Position numbers and translations under genes: made by a program. This document shows positions 27,335-40,805 of a stretch of 64,000 nucleotides of DNA, in pieces; position 1 is the stretch's first letter, and every line of letters starts with the position of its first letter. The DNA comes from Escherichia coli (GTDB lineage: Bacteria; Pseudomonadota; Gammaproteobacteria; Enterobacterales; Enterobacteriaceae). A model generated the notes under the pieces. That model was given only the letters and a program-made list of their open reading frames with translations. It did not search any database and was not told the DNA's origin. The stretch lies in assembly GCF_013315695.1 (NCBI RefSeq), contig NZ_CP054353.1. The stretch is one strand, 5' to 3'.

Positions 27335-28624
27335 ATGGAAACGACTCAAACCAGCACGATTGCGTCGAAAGACTCTCGTAGTGCCTGGCGCAAGACAGAC
27401 ACCATGTGGATGCTGGGCCTTTACGGCACGGCAATCGGCGCGGGCGTGCTGTTCCTGCCAATCAACGCCGGTGTTGGCGGTATGATCCCGCTGATCATCA
27501 TGGCTATCCTTGCGTTCCCGATGACATTTTTTGCTCACCGCGGCCTGACTCGCTTCGTACTGTCTGGTAAAAACCCAGGCGAAGACATCACCGAGGTTGT
27601 AGAAGAACACTTTGGTATTGGCGCAGGTAAACTGATTACCCTGCTCTACTTCTTCGCTATCTACCCGATCCTGCTGGTTTATAGCGTGGCAATCACCAAT
27701 ACAGTTGAAAGCTTCATGTCTCACCAGCTGGGTATGACACCACCGCCGCGTGCGATTCTGTCGCTGATCCTGATCGTGGGTATGATGACCATCGTTCGCT
27801 TCGGTGAGCAGATGATCGTTAAAGCGATGAGCATTCTGGTATTCCCGTTTGTTGGCGTACTGATGCTGCTGGCTCTGTACCTGATCCCGCAGTGGAACGG
27901 CGCAGCACTGGAAACACTGTCTCTGGACACTGCATCTGCAACCGGAAACGGTCTGTGGATGACCCTGTGGCTGGCAATTCCGGTAATGGTGTTCTCGTTC
28001 AACCACTCTCCGATCATCTCTTCTTTCGCCGTTGCGAAGCGTGAAGAGTACGGCGATATGGCAGAACAGAAATGCTCTAAGATCCTGGCATTCGCACACA
28101 TCATGATGGTGCTGACCGTAATGTTCTTCGTCTTCAGCTGCGTACTGAGCCTGACTCCGGCAGACCTGGCTGCGGCTAAAGAGCAGAACATCTCGATTCT
28201 GTCTTACCTGGCTAACCACTTTAACGCGCCGATCATCGCGTGGATGGCTCCGATTATCGCGATTATCGCTATCACCAAATCCTTCCTCGGCCACTACCTG
28301 GGCGCACGTGAAGGCTTCAACGGTATGGTGATTAAATCTCTGCGTGGTAAAGGTAAGTCTATCGAAATCAACAAGCTGAACCGTATCACTGCGCTGTTCA
28401 TGCTGGTAACGACCTGGATTGTTGCCACCCTGAACCCGAGCATCCTGGGTATGATTGAAACCCTGGGCGGCCCAATCATCGCGATGATCCTGTTCCTGAT
28501 GCCGATGTACGCAATTCAGAAAGTACCGGCAATGCGTAAGTACAGCGGTCACATCAGCAACGTATTCGTTGTCGTGATGGGTCTGATTGCAATCTCCGCA
28601 ATCTTCTACTCTCTGTTCAGCTAA
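27335..28624 (+). CDS. sdaC: serine:H+ symporter
   Basis: 429-aa HAAAP-family membrane protein; immediately upstream of sdaB. Confidence 0.93.
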   Translation: METTQTSTIASKDSRSAWRKTDTMWMLGLYGTAIGAGVLFLPINAGVGGMIPLIIMAILAFPMTFFAHRGLTRFVLSGKNPGEDITEVVEEHFGIGAGKLITLLYFFAIYPILLVYSVAITNTVESFMSHQLGMTPPPRAILSLILIVGMMTIVRFGEQMIVKAMSILVFPFVGVLMLLALYLIPQWNGAALETLSLDTASATGNGLWMTLWLAIPVMVFSFNHSPIISSFAVAKREEYGDMAEQKCSKILAFAHIMMVLTVMFFVFSCVLSLTPADLAAAKEQNISILSYLANHFNAPIIAWMAPIIAIIAITKSFLGHYLGAREGFNGMVIKSLRGKGKSIEINKLNRITALFMLVTTWIVATLNPSILGMIETLGGPIIAMILFLMPMYAIQKVPAMRKYSGHISNVFVVVMGLIAISAIFYSLFS

Positions 28625-28681
28625 GTCCTTTCGCGCCGCTTTCGGGCGGCGCTTCCTCCGTTTTAACGCGATGTATTTCCT

Positions 28682-30049
28682 ATGATTAGCGTATTCGATA
28701 TTTTCAAAATCGGCATTGGCCCTTCCAGTTCTCATACCGTTGGACCGATGAAAGCGGGTAAACAATTTACCGACGATCTGATTGCCCGTAACCTGCTTAA
28801 AGACGTGACCCGCGTGGTGGTTGACGTGTACGGCTCGCTCTCTCTGACCGGTAAAGGCCACCACACAGATATCGCCATAATTATGGGTCTGGCGGGTAAC
28901 CTGCCGGATACCGTGGATATCGATTCCATCCCTGGTTTTATTCAGGATGTGAATACTCATGGTCGCCTGATGCTGGCAAACGGTCAGCATGAAGTGGAGT
29001 TCCCGGTTGATCAGTGCATGAACTTCCATGCCGACAACCTTTCTCTGCATGAAAACGGTATGCGCATTACCGCACTGGCGGGCGATAAAGTCGTTTACAG
29101 CCAGACTTATTACTCTATCGGCGGTGGCTTTATTGTTGATGAAGAACATTTTGGTCAGCAGGATAGCGCACCGGTTGAAGTTCCTTATCCGTACAGTTCA
29201 GCAGCCGATCTGCAAAAACATTGTCAGGAAACCGGGCTGTCACTCTCTGGCCTGATGATGAAAAACGAGCTGGCGCTGCACAGCAAAGAAGAGCTGGAAC
29301 AGCACCTGGCGAACGTCTGGGAAGTCATGCGTGGCGGTATTGAGCGCGGTATTTCTACCGAAGGCGTGTTACCTGGCAAACTGCGCGTTCCACGCCGTGC
29401 TGCGGCACTACGCCGGATGCTGGTCAGCCAGGATAAAACCACCACTGACCCGATGGCGGTTGTTGACTGGATCAACATGTTTGCACTGGCAGTGAACGAA
29501 GAGAATGCTGCTGGCGGTCGTGTGGTGACTGCGCCGACTAACGGTGCGTGCGGGATTATTCCGGCCGTGCTGGCGTACTACGACAAGTTTATCCGCGAAG
29601 TGAACGCTAACTCACTGGCTCGTTACCTGCTGGTAGCCAGCGCCATTGGTTCTCTTTATAAGATGAACGCGTCGATTTCTGGTGCCGAAGTGGGTTGCCA
29701 GGGTGAAGTTGGCGTGGCGTGCTCAATGGCGGCGGCTGGTCTGGCAGAGCTGTTAGGCGCAAGCCCGGCGCAGGTGTGCATCGCGGCGGAAATCGCCATG
29801 GAGCACAACCTCGGTCTGACGTGTGATCCGGTTGCTGGACAGGTCCAGGTGCCATGCATCGAGCGTAACGCCATTGCGGCAGTAAAAGCGGTGAACGCCG
29901 CACGTATGGCACTGCGCCGTACCAGCGAGCCGCGCGTCTGCCTCGATAAAGTTATCGAAACTATGTACGAAACAGGTAAAGATATGAACGCCAAGTACCG
30001 CGAAACCTCTCGCGGCGGCCTGGCAATGAAGATCGTTGCCTGCGATTAA
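28682..30049 (+). CDS. sdaB: L-serine dehydratase 2 (Fe-S)
   Basis: 455-aa ORF MISVFDIFKIGIGPSSSHTVGPMKAG... typical of Fe-S L-serine dehydratases. Confidence 0.93.
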   Translation: MISVFDIFKIGIGPSSSHTVGPMKAGKQFTDDLIARNLLKDVTRVVVDVYGSLSLTGKGHHTDIAIIMGLAGNLPDTVDIDSIPGFIQDVNTHGRLMLANGQHEVEFPVDQCMNFHADNLSLHENGMRITALAGDKVVYSQTYYSIGGGFIVDEEHFGQQDSAPVEVPYPYSSAADLQKHCQETGLSLSGLMMKNELALHSKEELEQHLANVWEVMRGGIERGISTEGVLPGKLRVPRRAAALRRMLVSQDKTTTDPMAVVDWINMFALAVNEENAAGGRVVTAPTNGACGIIPAVLAYYDKFIREVNANSLARYLLVASAIGSLYKMNASISGAEVGCQGEVGVACSMAAAGLAELLGASPAQVCIAAEIAMEHNLGLTCDPVAGQVQVPCIERNAIAAVKAVNAARMALRRTSEPRVCLDKVIETMYETGKDMNAKYRETSRGGLAMKIVACD

Positions 30050-30916
<867 letters not shown>

Positions 30917-30920
30917 CGAC

Positions 30921-31005
30921 GTGCCGGATGCAAACGATTACCAGCACATTGAATTTAATGCACTTATATGCCGGATAAGACGCGGCTAGCGTCGCATCCG
31001 GCATT
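30921..31005. repeat. REP elements between xni and fucO
   Basis: gccggataagacgcggctagcgtcgcatccggca and an upstream gtgccggatgc copy; canonical REP palindromes. Confidence 0.7.
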
Positions 31006-31020
31006 ATCACATCAGCGCAT

Positions 31021-32172
31021 TTACCAGGCGGTATGGTAAAGCTCTACAATATCCTCAAGCGTTGCTTCACGCGGGTTGCCACCGGTACAAACATCATCCA
31101 GTGCCGCCTGCGCCAGTGCCGGAATGTCTTCCTTGCGTACACCAACATCACGCAAATGTGGCGGAATACCGACATCACGGTTGAGAGCAAACACCGCTTC
31201 AACAGCGGCATTACGCGCCTCTTCCAGGCTCATACCTTCCGCTTTCACGCCCATAACGCGCGCGATATCGCGGTACTTCTCACCGGTACAGTCAGCGTTA
31301 TAGCGCATGACATGCGGTAACAGGATGGCGTTCGCAACACCGTGTGGCGTGTTGTAAAACGCGCCCAGTGGATGCGCCATACCATGCACCAACCCTAACC
31401 CAACATTCGAGAAGCCCATACCCGCAACATACTGCCCGAGCGCCATTTCTTCTCCGGCATCCTTATCACCAGCAACCGATCCTCGCAGCGCCCCAGCAAT
31501 GATTTCAATCGCTTTAATGTGCAGTGCATCAGTTAGTGCCCACGCGCCACGGGTAATATACCCCTCAATAGCATGAGTGAGCGCATCGACACCCGTCGCG
31601 GCTTTCAGCGCTGGAGGCATACCATCCATCATGTCAGCGTCAATAAACGCCACCTGCGGGATATCATGCGGATCAACGCAAACAAACTTGCGCCGTTTTT
31701 CTTCGTCAGTGATCACGTAGTTAATGGTCACTTCTGCCGCAGTACCTGCTGTGGTGGGGATTGCCAGAATCGGTACACTGGGTTTATTGGTCGGGGAAAG
31801 CCCTTCCAGGCTACGCACATCGGCAAACTCCGGGTTGTTGCTGATAATGCCAATCGCTTTACACGTATCCTGTGGAGAACCACCACCAATAGCGATCAGG
31901 TAATCCGCGCCGCTATTCTGGAATACATCGAGCCCTTCTTTGACGACAGTAATTGTTGGGTTGGGCACGACGCCGTCGTAAATCGCCCATGCCAGTCCTG
32001 CCGCATCCATCTTATCGGTCACTTTCGCCACCACGCCGCATTGCACCAGCGTTTTATCGGTGACGATCAGCGCCTTCTGATAACCACGGCGTTTCACCTC
32101 ATCGGTTAAAGCCCCAACAGCACCCCGACCAAACCATGCCGTTTCGTTCAGAATCATTCTGTTAGCCATCAT
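31021..32172 (-). CDS. fucO: L-1,2-propanediol oxidoreductase (lactaldehyde reductase)
   Basis: 383-aa iron-containing alcohol dehydrogenase; fucA-fucO operon. Confidence 0.93.
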   Translation of the reverse strand: MMANRMILNETAWFGRGAVGALTDEVKRRGYQKALIVTDKTLVQCGVVAKVTDKMDAAGLAWAIYDGVVPNPTITVVKEGLDVFQNSGADYLIAIGGGSPQDTCKAIGIISNNPEFADVRSLEGLSPTNKPSVPILAIPTTAGTAAEVTINYVITDEEKRRKFVCVDPHDIPQVAFIDADMMDGMPPALKAATGVDALTHAIEGYITRGAWALTDALHIKAIEIIAGALRGSVAGDKDAGEEMALGQYVAGMGFSNVGLGLVHGMAHPLGAFYNTPHGVANAILLPHVMRYNADCTGEKYRDIARVMGVKAEGMSLEEARNAAVEAVFALNRDVGIPPHLRDVGVRKEDIPALAQAALDDVCTGGNPREATLEDIVELYHTAW

Positions 32173-32196
32173 CCTTCTCCTTGTTGCTTTACGAAA

Positions 32197-32844
32197 TTAC
32201 TCTTCAATCCGTAACCCGTAGGTTTTGAATTTCTCCAGCACTACGGCAATCTCTTCATCGCTCAGCACTGGCACCGGGTCCGTAATCGCCAGGGTCGTCA
32301 GGTAAAGTTGTGCCAGCACTTCAACTTCATGCGCCAGCCATAACGCTTTCTCCAGATTCGCCTCACAAGCGATAAGCCCATGATGTTGTAACAAAGTTGC
32401 CTTACGATTTTTGAGAGCCAGCGCAACATGTTCAGAAAGTTCGCGTGTTCCAAAGGTCGCATAAGGCGCGCAAGGAATAGAATTACCGCCAGCCGCCGCA
32501 ATCATGTAGTGAATCGCGGGGATCGGGCGGTTAAGAATGGAAACTGCCGTACAATGAACGGCATGATTGTGAACAACCGCGTTGGCATCCGGTCTGCTTT
32601 GATAGGCCGCCATATGGAAACGCCACTCGCTTGAGGGGAGCTTTCCTTCCTCATGTTTGCCGTTGCCATCAATAAAGACAATATGCGACTCCGTCAGTTT
32701 TTCATATGGAATACCTGTAGGCGTAATCAGCATCCCATCCTGATAACGTACACTGACGTTACCCGCTGTCCCCTGGTTCAGCCCCAGGCGAGTCATTTCC
32801 AGGCAAGTGTCAATAATCTGACGAGCAAGTTTATTTCGTTCCAT
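32197..32844 (-). CDS. fucA: L-fuculose-1-phosphate aldolase
   Basis: 215-aa class II aldolase ORF upstream of fucO. Confidence 0.93.
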   Translation of the reverse strand: MERNKLARQIIDTCLEMTRLGLNQGTAGNVSVRYQDGMLITPTGIPYEKLTESHIVFIDGNGKHEEGKLPSSEWRFHMAAYQSRPDANAVVHNHAVHCTAVSILNRPIPAIHYMIAAAGGNSIPCAPYATFGTRELSEHVALALKNRKATLLQHHGLIACEANLEKALWLAHEVEVLAQLYLTTLAITDPVPVLSDEEIAVVLEKFKTYGLRIEE

Positions 32845-33390
32845 TAGCTACCTCTCTCTGATTCAAAACAGGGCAATAATGTTGTTCCTTTCACACTATT
32901 GAATTAGCCGTTTAATTACCCACCATCTTCTTCCTGATTAACCAGAAAGAAATTCACAAGCTTATATTTTGTGACCTGGTTCAACTAATCACAGTAAATA
33001 ACTGCAATTTCTCTTTTTATAACCCCATTAAAAATGACCGCTCTTAAAAATATTTATCAAAACGGTCATTTTTATACTCCTCCCTGCCAGGAATGCCCGT
33101 TTTCGGCACAAACAATTAATACGGTCATCTGGTTTGTGTTTTTTATGATTTATTTTCTGAAACGGGCATGAAATTTCGATTATTAAAGTGATGGTAGTCA
33201 CATAAAGTCACCTTCCGGCTAATAAGTGTGACCGCCGTCATATTACAGAGCGTTTTTTATTTGAAAATGAATCCATGAGTTCATTTCAGACAGGCAAATA
33301 TTCACTGATATGAAGCCCGAACTCGCTGGTTTTGCACTTTTGAAAACATAACTGATTACGTGCTTAAGCTTCTGAACCTAAGAGGATGCT
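32845..33390. promoter_or_regulatory. divergent fucAO / fucPIKUR control region
   Basis: 546-bp AT-rich intergenic region between divergently oriented fucA and fucP; individual CRP/FucR sites not resolved by eye. Confidence 0.6.
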
Positions 33391-34707
33391 ATGGGAAACA
33401 CATCAATACAAACGCAGAGTTACCGTGCGGTAGATAAAGATGCAGGGCAAAGCAGAAGTTACATTATTCCATTCGCACTGCTGTGCTCACTGTTTTTTCT
33501 TTGGGCGGTAGCCAATAACCTTAACGACATTTTATTGCCTCAATTCCAGCAGGCTTTTACGCTGACAAATTTCCAGGCTGGCCTGATCCAATCGGCCTTT
33601 TACTTTGGTTATTTCATTATCCCAATCCCTGCCGGGATATTGATGAAAAAACTCAGTTATAAAGCAGGGATTATTACCGGATTGTTTTTATATGCCTTCG
33701 GCGCTGCATTATTCTGGCCCGCCGCAGAAATAATGAACTACACCTTGTTTTTAGTTGGCCTATTTATTATTGCAGCCGGATTAGGTTGTCTGGAAACTGC
33801 CGCAAACCCTTTTGTTACGGTATTAGGGCCGGAAAGCAGTGGTCACTTCCGCTTAAATCTTGCGCAAACATTTAACTCATTTGGCGCAATTATCGCGGTT
33901 GTCTTTGGGCAAAGTCTTATTTTGTCTAACGTGCCACATCAATCGCAAGACGTTCTCGATAAAATGTCTCCAGAGCAATTGAGTGCGTATAAACACAGCC
34001 TGGTATTATCGGTACAGACACCTTATATGATCATCGTGGCTATCGTGTTACTGGTCGCCCTGCTGATCATGCTGACGAAATTCCCGGCATTGCAGAGTGA
34101 TAATCACAGTGACGCCAAACAAGGATCGTTCTCCGCATCGCTTTCTCGCCTGGCGCGTATTCGCCACTGGCGCTGGGCAGTATTAGCGCAATTCTGCTAC
34201 GTTGGCGCACAAACGGCCTGCTGGAGCTATTTAATTCGCTACGCTGTAGAAGAAATTCCTAGTATGACAGCAGGCTTTGCCGCTAACTATTTAACCGGAA
34301 CCATGGTGTGCTTCTTTATTGGTCGTTTCACCGGTACCTGGCTCATCAGTCGCTTCGCGCCACACAAAGTCCTGGCAGCCTACGCATTAATCGCTATGGC
34401 ACTGTGCCTGATCTCAGCCTTCGCTGGCGGTCATGTGGGCTTAATAGCCCTGACTTTATGCAGTGCCTTTATGTCGATTCAGTACCCAACAATCTTCTCG
34501 CTGGGCATTAAGAATCTCGGCCAAGACACCAAATACGGTTCGTCCTTCATCGTTATGACCATTATTGGCGGCGGTATTGTCACTCCGGTCATGGGGTTTG
34601 TCAGTGACGCAGCGGGCAACATCCCCACTGCTGAACTGATCCCCGCACTCTGCTTCGCGGTCATCTTTATCTTTGCCCGTTTCCGTTCTCAAACGGCAAC
34701 TAACTGA
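33391..34707 (+). CDS. fucP: L-fucose:H+ symporter (MFS)
   Basis: 438-aa polytopic membrane protein; first gene of fucPIKUR. Confidence 0.93.
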   Translation: MGNTSIQTQSYRAVDKDAGQSRSYIIPFALLCSLFFLWAVANNLNDILLPQFQQAFTLTNFQAGLIQSAFYFGYFIIPIPAGILMKKLSYKAGIITGLFLYAFGAALFWPAAEIMNYTLFLVGLFIIAAGLGCLETAANPFVTVLGPESSGHFRLNLAQTFNSFGAIIAVVFGQSLILSNVPHQSQDVLDKMSPEQLSAYKHSLVLSVQTPYMIIVAIVLLVALLIMLTKFPALQSDNHSDAKQGSFSASLSRLARIRHWRWAVLAQFCYVGAQTACWSYLIRYAVEEIPSMTAGFAANYLTGTMVCFFIGRFTGTWLISRFAPHKVLAAYALIAMALCLISAFAGGHVGLIALTLCSAFMSIQYPTIFSLGIKNLGQDTKYGSSFIVMTIIGGGIVTPVMGFVSDAAGNIPTAELIPALCFAVIFIFARFRSQTATN

Positions 34708-34739
34708 ACATATTTTCCGAATAAAGTGAGGAATCTGTA

Positions 34740-36515
34740 ATGAAAAAAATCAGCTTACCGAAAATTGGTATCCGCCCGGTTATTGACGGTCGTCGCATGG
34801 GTGTTCGTGAGTCGCTTGAAGAACAAACAATGAATATGGCGAAAGCTACGGCCGCACTGCTGACCGAGAAACTGCGCCATGCCTGCGGAGCTGCCGTCGA
34901 GTGTGTCATTTCCGATACCTGTATCGCGGGTATGGCTGAAGCCGCTGCTTGCGAAGAAAAATTCAGCAGTCAGAATGTAGGCCTCACCATTACGGTAACG
35001 CCTTGCTGGTGCTATGGCAGTGAAACCATCGACATGGATCCAACCCGCCCGAAAGCCATTTGGGGCTTTAACGGCACTGAACGCCCCGGCGCTGTTTACC
35101 TGGCAGCGGCTCTGGCAGCTCACAGCCAGAAAGGCATCCCGGCATTCTCCATTTACGGTCATGACGTTCAGGATGCCGATGACACATCGATTCCTGCTGA
35201 TGTTGAAGAAAAACTGCTGCGCTTTGCCCGCGCCGGTTTGGCCGTCGCCAGCATGAAAGGTAAAAGCTATCTGTCGCTGGGCGGCGTTTCGATGGGTATC
35301 GCCGGTTCTATTGTTGATCACAACTTCTTTGAATCCTGGCTGGGAATGAAAGTCCAGGCGGTGGATATGACCGAACTGCGTCGCCGTATCGATCAGAAGA
35401 TTTACGACGAAGCCGAACTGGAAATGGCGCTGGCCTGGGCTGATAAAAACTTCCGCTATGGCGAAGATGAAAATAACAAACAGTATCAACGCAATGCCGA
35501 GCAAAGCCGCGCAGTTCTGCGCGAAAGTTTACTGATGGCAATGTGTATCCGCGACATGATGCAAGGCAACAGCAAACTGGCCGATATTGGTCGCGTGGAA
35601 GAATCACTTGGCTACAACGCCATCGCTGCGGGCTTCCAGGGACAACGCCACTGGACCGATCAATATCCCAATGGTGACACCGCCGAAGCGATCCTCAACA
35701 GTTCATTTGACTGGAATGGCGTGCGCGAACCCTTTGTCGTGGCGACCGAAAACGACAGTCTTAACGGCGTGGCAATGCTAATGGGTCACCAACTCACCGG
35801 CACCGCTCAGGTATTTGCCGATGTGCGTACCTACTGGTCACCAGAAGCAATTGAGCGTGTAACGGGGCATAAACTCGATGGACTGGCAGAACACGGCATC
35901 ATCCATTTGATCAACTCCGGTTCTGCTGCGCTGGACGGTTCCTGTAAACAACGCGACAGCGAAGGTAACCCGACGATGAAGCCGCACTGGGAAATCTCTC
36001 AGCAAGAGGCTGACGCTTGCCTCGCCGCTACCGAATGGTGCCCGGCGATCCACGAATACTTCCGTGGCGGCGGTTACTCTTCCCGCTTCCTTACCGAAGG
36101 CGGCGTCCCGTTCACCATGACTCGTGTCAACATCATCAAAGGCCTGGGACCGGTACTGCAAATCGCGGAAGGCTGGAGCGTGGAATTGCCGAAGGATGTG
36201 CATGACATCCTCAACAAACGCACCAACTCAACCTGGCCAACCACCTGGTTTGCACCGCGCCTCACCGGTAAAGGGCCGTTTACGGATGTGTACTCGGTAA
36301 TGGCGAACTGGGGCGCTAACCACGGGGTTCTGACCATCGGCCACGTTGGCGCAGACTTTATCACTCTTGCCTCCATGCTGCGTATCCCGGTATGTATGCA
36401 CAACGTTGAAGAGACCAAAGTGTATCGTCCTTCTGCCTGGGCCGCGCACGGCATGGATATTGAAGGCCAGGATTACCGCGCTTGCCAGAACTACGGCCCG
36501 TTGTACAAGCGTTAA
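34740..36515 (+). CDS. fucI: L-fucose isomerase
   Basis: 591-aa [29 protein letters not shown]...; recognised as FucI. Confidence 0.95.
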   Translation: MKKISLPKIGIRPVIDGRRMGVRESLEEQTMNMAKATAALLTEKLRHACGAAVECVISDTCIAGMAEAAACEEKFSSQNVGLTITVTPCWCYGSETIDMDPTRPKAIWGFNGTERPGAVYLAAALAAHSQKGIPAFSIYGHDVQDADDTSIPADVEEKLLRFARAGLAVASMKGKSYLSLGGVSMGIAGSIVDHNFFESWLGMKVQAVDMTELRRRIDQKIYDEAELEMALAWADKNFRYGEDENNKQYQRNAEQSRAVLRESLLMAMCIRDMMQGNSKLADIGRVEESLGYNAIAAGFQGQRHWTDQYPNGDTAEAILNSSFDWNGVREPFVVATENDSLNGVAMLMGHQLTGTAQVFADVRTYWSPEAIERVTGHKLDGLAEHGIIHLINSGSAALDGSCKQRDSEGNPTMKPHWEISQQEADACLAATEWCPAIHEYFRGGGYSSRFLTEGGVPFTMTRVNIIKGLGPVLQIAEGWSVELPKDVHDILNKRTNSTWPTTWFAPRLTGKGPFTDVYSVMANWGANHGVLTIGHVGADFITLASMLRIPVCMHNVEETKVYRPSAWAAHGMDIEGQDYRACQNYGPLYKR

Positions 36516-36623
36516 TACATTACTCCCTGATGTGATGCCCGGTCGCTCCGGCTACCGGGCCTGAACAAGCAAGAGTGGTTAGCCGGATAAGCAATGTTAT
36601 CCGGCTATATTGCAGGAGCGATT

Positions 36624-38042
36624 ATGAAACAAGAAGTTATCCTGGTACTCGACTGTGGCGCGACCAATGTCAGGGCCATCGCGGTTAATCGGCAGGGAAA
36701 AATTGTTGCCCGCGCCTCAACGCCTAATGCCAGCGATATCGCGATGGAAAACAACACCTGGCACCAGTGGTCTTTAGACGCCATTTTGCACCGCTTTGCT
36801 GATTGCTGTCGGCAAATCAATAGTGAACTGACTGATTGCCACATCCGCGGTATCGCCGTCACCACCTTTGGTGTGGATGGCGCTCTGGTAGATAAGCAAG
36901 GCAATCTGCTCTATCCGATCATTAGCTGGAAATGTTCGCGAACAGCCGCGGTAATGGACAATATTGAACGGTTGATCTCCGCACAGCAGTTGCAGGCTAT
37001 TTCTGGAGTCGGAGCCTTTAGTTTCAATACGTTATATAAGTTGGTGTGGTTGAAAGAAAATCATCCACAACTGCTGGAACGCGCGCACGCCTGGCTCTTT
37101 ATTTCGTCGCTGATTAACCACCGTTTAACCGGCGAATTCACTACTGATATTACGATGGCCGGAACCAGCCAGATGCTGGATATCCAGCAACGCGATTTCA
37201 GTCCGCAAATTTTACAAGCCACCGGTATTCCACGCCGACTCTTCCCTCGTCTGGTGGAAGCGGGTGAACAGATTGGTACGCTACAGAACAGCGCCGCAGC
37301 AATGCTCGGCTTACCCGTTGGCATACCGGTGATTTCCGCAGGTCACGATACCCAGTTCGCCCTTTTTGGCGCTGGTGCCGAACAAAATGAACCCGTGCTC
37401 TCTTCCGGTACATGGGAAATTTTAATGGTCCGCAGCGCCCAGGTTGATACTTCGCTGTTAAGTCAGTACGCCGGTTCTACCTGCGAACTGGATAGCCAGG
37501 CAGGGTTGTATAACCCAGGTATGCAATGGCTGGCATCCGGCGTGCTGGAATGGGTGAGAAAACTGTTCTGGACGGCTGAAACTCCCTGGCAAATGTTGAT
37601 TGAAGAAGCTCGTCTGATCGCTCCTGGCGCAGATGGAGTGAAAATGCAGTGTGATTTATTGTCGTGTCAGAACGCTGGCTGGCAAGGAGTGACGCTTAAT
37701 ACCACGCGGGGGCATTTCTATCGCGCGGCGCTGGAAGGGTTAACCACGCAATTACAGCGCAATCTACAGATGCTGGAAAAAATCGGGCACTTTAAAGCCT
37801 CTGAATTATTGTTAGTTGGCGGAGGAAGTCGCAACACATTGTGGAATCAGATTAAAGCCAATATGCTTGATATTCCGGTAAAAGTTCTCGACGACGCAGA
37901 AACGACCGTCGCAGGAGCTGCGCTGTTCGGTTGGTATGGCGTAGGGGAATTTAACAGCCCGGAAGAAGCCCGCGCGCAGATTCATTATCAGTACCGTTAT
38001 TTCTACCCGCAAACTGAACCTGAATTTATAGAGGAAGTGTGA
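36624..38042 (+). CDS. fucK: L-fuculokinase
   Basis: FGGY-family sugar kinase; track ORF begins at 36594 but probable start is [15 protein letters not shown] at 36624. Confidence 0.92.
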
Positions 38043-38043
38043 A

Positions 38044-38466
38044 ATGCTGAAAACAATTTCGCCGTTAATTTCTCCCGAACTATTGAAAGTGCTGGCAGAG
38101 ATGGGGCATGGAGATGAAATTATTTTTTCCGATGCTCACTTTCCCGCCCATTCGATGGGACCGCAGGTGATCCGCGCTGATGGCCTGTTGGTGAGTGACT
38201 TGCTCCAGGCGATTATCCCGTTATTTGAACTGGACAGTTATGCACCGCCGCTGGTGATGATGGCGGCGGTAGAAGGTGACACTCTCGATCCTGAAGTAGA
38301 ACGACGTTATCGTAATGCGCTTTCACTACAAGCCCCCTGTCCTGACATCATCCGCATCAATCGTTTTGCGTTTTATGAACGGGCGCAAAAAGCCTTTGCG
38401 ATCGTTATCACAGGCGAACGAGCGAAGTACGGGAATATTCTTTTAAAAAAAGGGGTAACACCGTAA
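38044..38466 (+). CDS. fucU: L-fucose mutarotase
   Basis: 140-aa RbsD/FucU-family ORF following fucK. Confidence 0.92.
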
Positions 38467-38523
38467 TCTCATACCGGTACGCCCGCATGACGCGGGCGGT
38501 TATCGAATGATGGGGTGAAAAAT

Positions 38524-39255
38524 ATGAAAGCGGCACGCCAGCAAGCGATAGTCGACCTGCTGCTGAACCATACCAGCCTGACCACGGAAGCTCTCTCTGA
38601 ACAGCTAAAGGTCAGTAAAGAAACCATTCGTCGCGATCTCAATGAATTACAGACGCAGGGTAAAATTCTGCGCAATCATGGACGCGCTAAATATATCCAC
38701 CGTCAAAATCAAGACAGTGGCGATCCCTTTCACATCCGGTTGAAAAGCCATTATGCGCATAAAGCAGATATCGCGCGCGAGGCGCTCGCGTGGATTGAAG
38801 AAGGGATGGTAATAGCATTAGACGCCAGTTCAACCTGCTGGTATCTGGCACGCCAGTTGCCTGACATCAACATCCAGGTCTTCACCAATAGCCATCCGAT
38901 TTGCCATGAACTCGGTAAACGTGAACGCATTCAACTGATCAGTTCCGGCGGCACACTTGAGCGCAAATATGGTTGTTACGTCAATCCCTCGCTGATTTCC
39001 CAGCTTAAATCGCTGGAAATCGATCTGTTTATTTTTTCTTGTGAAGGGATCGATAGCAGCGGCGCACTGTGGGACTCCAATGCCATCAACGCTGATTACA
39101 AATCAATGCTATTAAAACGCGCCGCACAATCGTTGTTATTGATTGATAAAAGTAAATTTAATCGTTCAGGGGAAGCCCGCATCGGGCATCTGGATGAGGT
39201 CACGCACATTATTTCTGATGAGCGCCAGGTTGCAACTTCTTTGGTAACAGCCTGA
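38524..39255 (+). CDS. fucR: DeoR-family activator of the fucose regulon
   Basis: DeoR-type HTH; track ORF starts at 38515, probable start MKAARQQAIVDLL at 38524. Confidence 0.9.
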   Translation: MKAARQQAIVDLLLNHTSLTTEALSEQLKVSKETIRRDLNELQTQGKILRNHGRAKYIHRQNQDSGDPFHIRLKSHYAHKADIAREALAWIEEGMVIALDASSTCWYLARQLPDINIQVFTNSHPICHELGKRERIQLISSGGTLERKYGCYVNPSLISQLKSLEIDLFIFSCEGIDSSGALWDSNAINADYKSMLLKRAAQSLLLIDKSKFNRSGEARIGHLDEVTHIISDERQVATSLVTA

Positions 39256-39298
39256 CGGAAAGGGTAGCAGGCCGGAGACGACGCCCCGGCCTTGCCTG

Positions 39299-40399
39299 TT
39301 ATCGCTCGTCGCGACGACCACCCACCGCAGCCCAGATACGGCGGACGTGCACCGTCACTTCTTCGCGATCGTGATACAACTGCCGCGCCTGGATCTGAGC
39401 ATTTATGCCATGTTCATCAAGCTGTGCCTGAATATACGCCAGATTGTGTGACACTTCTTCGTAGCGTTTTTTCATCGGCAGTTTGAGGTTGAAAATGCTT
39501 TCACGGCACCAGCCATTAACCAGCCACTGCGCCATCAATGCCGCAACTTTCGCCGGTTTTTCAACCATATCGCATACCATCCAGGAGATATTGCTGCGTG
39601 TCGGACGGAATTTGAAACCGTCTTCCCGCAGCCACGTCACCTGTCCGGTATCCATCAGACTTTGCGCCATCGGGCCGTTGTCGACGGAATAAACCCACAT
39701 GTTGCGCTTCACCAGTTGGTAGGTCCAGCCGCCTGGGCAAGCGCCTAAATCCACCGCCCACATCCCGTTCGCCAGGCGTTCATCCCACTCATCCGCAGGA
39801 ATAAACACATGAAATGCCTCTTCCAGTTTGAGCGTGGAACGACTCGGCGCATCTGCCGGAAATTTCAGGCGCGGAATGCCCATATAGAACGGCGAATTAT
39901 TGTTGCTGTATGAGTAACCAGTATAGCAACAGCCTGGTGCAATAAAGAATACATGCACAACCGGACGCTTCGGCGTTTCATAGTTCGCCAGCACACCCGC
40001 ATCACGCAAGGCAGCGCGTAGCGGCACGGTGAATTTACGGCAGAATTTCAGCAACTCTTTGCTTTCGTTGGTATCGGCAACTTCAACACGCAGTTCACCG
40101 CCCTTCTCTACTACGCCCTGTAACATGCCGACAATGGGGGTAATACGATCTTCTGGCGGCAAATGCTGCAGGAGTTCCCCCACTACAAACCACTGGCGGG
40201 CAAAAATTAATGAATTGAACGGCAGCTCACGGATTAACTTATCGCCATCATCAGGTTGATAACATTCATAAATGACATAACCCGCATTCTCTTTCACGCG
40301 GGCAAAACCGAAAATTTCCCGCTGGCCGGCTTTATCGGTAATTTCTGCGGCGCACTCTTTTTCAAAGCCCGGACGGCACAGCAATACAACCTTATTCAT
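39299..40399 (-). CDS. rlmM: 23S rRNA 2'-O-ribose C2498 methyltransferase
   Basis: 366-aa ORF (YgdE) with SAM-MTase fold; overlaps ygdD by 8 nt. Confidence 0.88.
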   Translation of the reverse strand: MNKVVLLCRPGFEKECAAEITDKAGQREIFGFARVKENAGYVIYECYQPDDGDKLIRELPFNSLIFARQWFVVGELLQHLPPEDRITPIVGMLQGVVEKGGELRVEVADTNESKELLKFCRKFTVPLRAALRDAGVLANYETPKRPVVHVFFIAPGCCYTGYSYSNNNSPFYMGIPRLKFPADAPSRSTLKLEEAFHVFIPADEWDERLANGMWAVDLGACPGGWTYQLVKRNMWVYSVDNGPMAQSLMDTGQVTWLREDGFKFRPTRSNISWMVCDMVEKPAKVAALMAQWLVNGWCRESIFNLKLPMKKRYEEVSHNLAYIQAQLDEHGINAQIQARQLYHDREEVTVHVRRIWAAVGGRRDER

Positions 40400-40787
40400 G
40401 ACTTACGCCCTTGCGCTTTAAACGGATAGCACCAACTAACATTAACGCCCAGCCCGCGAGGAAGCTCACGCCGCCAACCGGTGTGACAAATGCCCACAAA
40501 CGCAGATGGGACAGCGCCAGGCAATAAAGGCTGCCGCTGAACAGCACCGTGCCTAACGCGAGGAAAACGCTACTCCAGTAAAACCAGATACTGATGCGAC
40601 GCTGCATTGCCACCGCCAGACCTAAGATCGCCAGCGTGTGGAACGCCTGGTATTCGAGACCGGTCTGGATCCAGCCCATCTCAACGGCCCCCATGGTTTT
40701 ACTTAACACATGCGCGCCAAAAGCGCCCAGAGCCACAAAAATGAAGCCGCTAATGGCGGCGAAAATCAGCATAAAACGGCTGGTCAT
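40392..40787 (-). CDS. ygdD: DUF423 inner-membrane protein
   Basis: 131-aa hydrophobic ORF between gcvA and rlmM. Confidence 0.85.
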   Translation of the reverse strand: MTSRFMLIFAAISGFIFVALGAFGAHVLSKTMGAVEMGWIQTGLEYQAFHTLAILGLAVAMQRRISIWFYWSSVFLALGTVLFSGSLYCLALSHLRLWAFVTPVGGVSFLAGWALMLVGAIRLKRKGVSHE

Positions 40788-40805
40788 GGTCGTACCCTAC
40801 GTAAA

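Noticed and set aside
27308-29149. 613-aa ORF on the minus strand spanning sdaC and sdaB
   Set aside because: Entirely antisense to two well-supported genes; composition (rich in H, R, Q, D, low-complexity) is typical of antisense read-through of coding sequence; no recognisable domain.
31573-32109. 178-aa plus-strand ORF inside fucO
   Set aside because: Antisense shadow ORF.
34755-35504. 249-aa minus-strand ORF inside fucI
   Set aside because: Antisense shadow ORF; no start context or recognisable domain.
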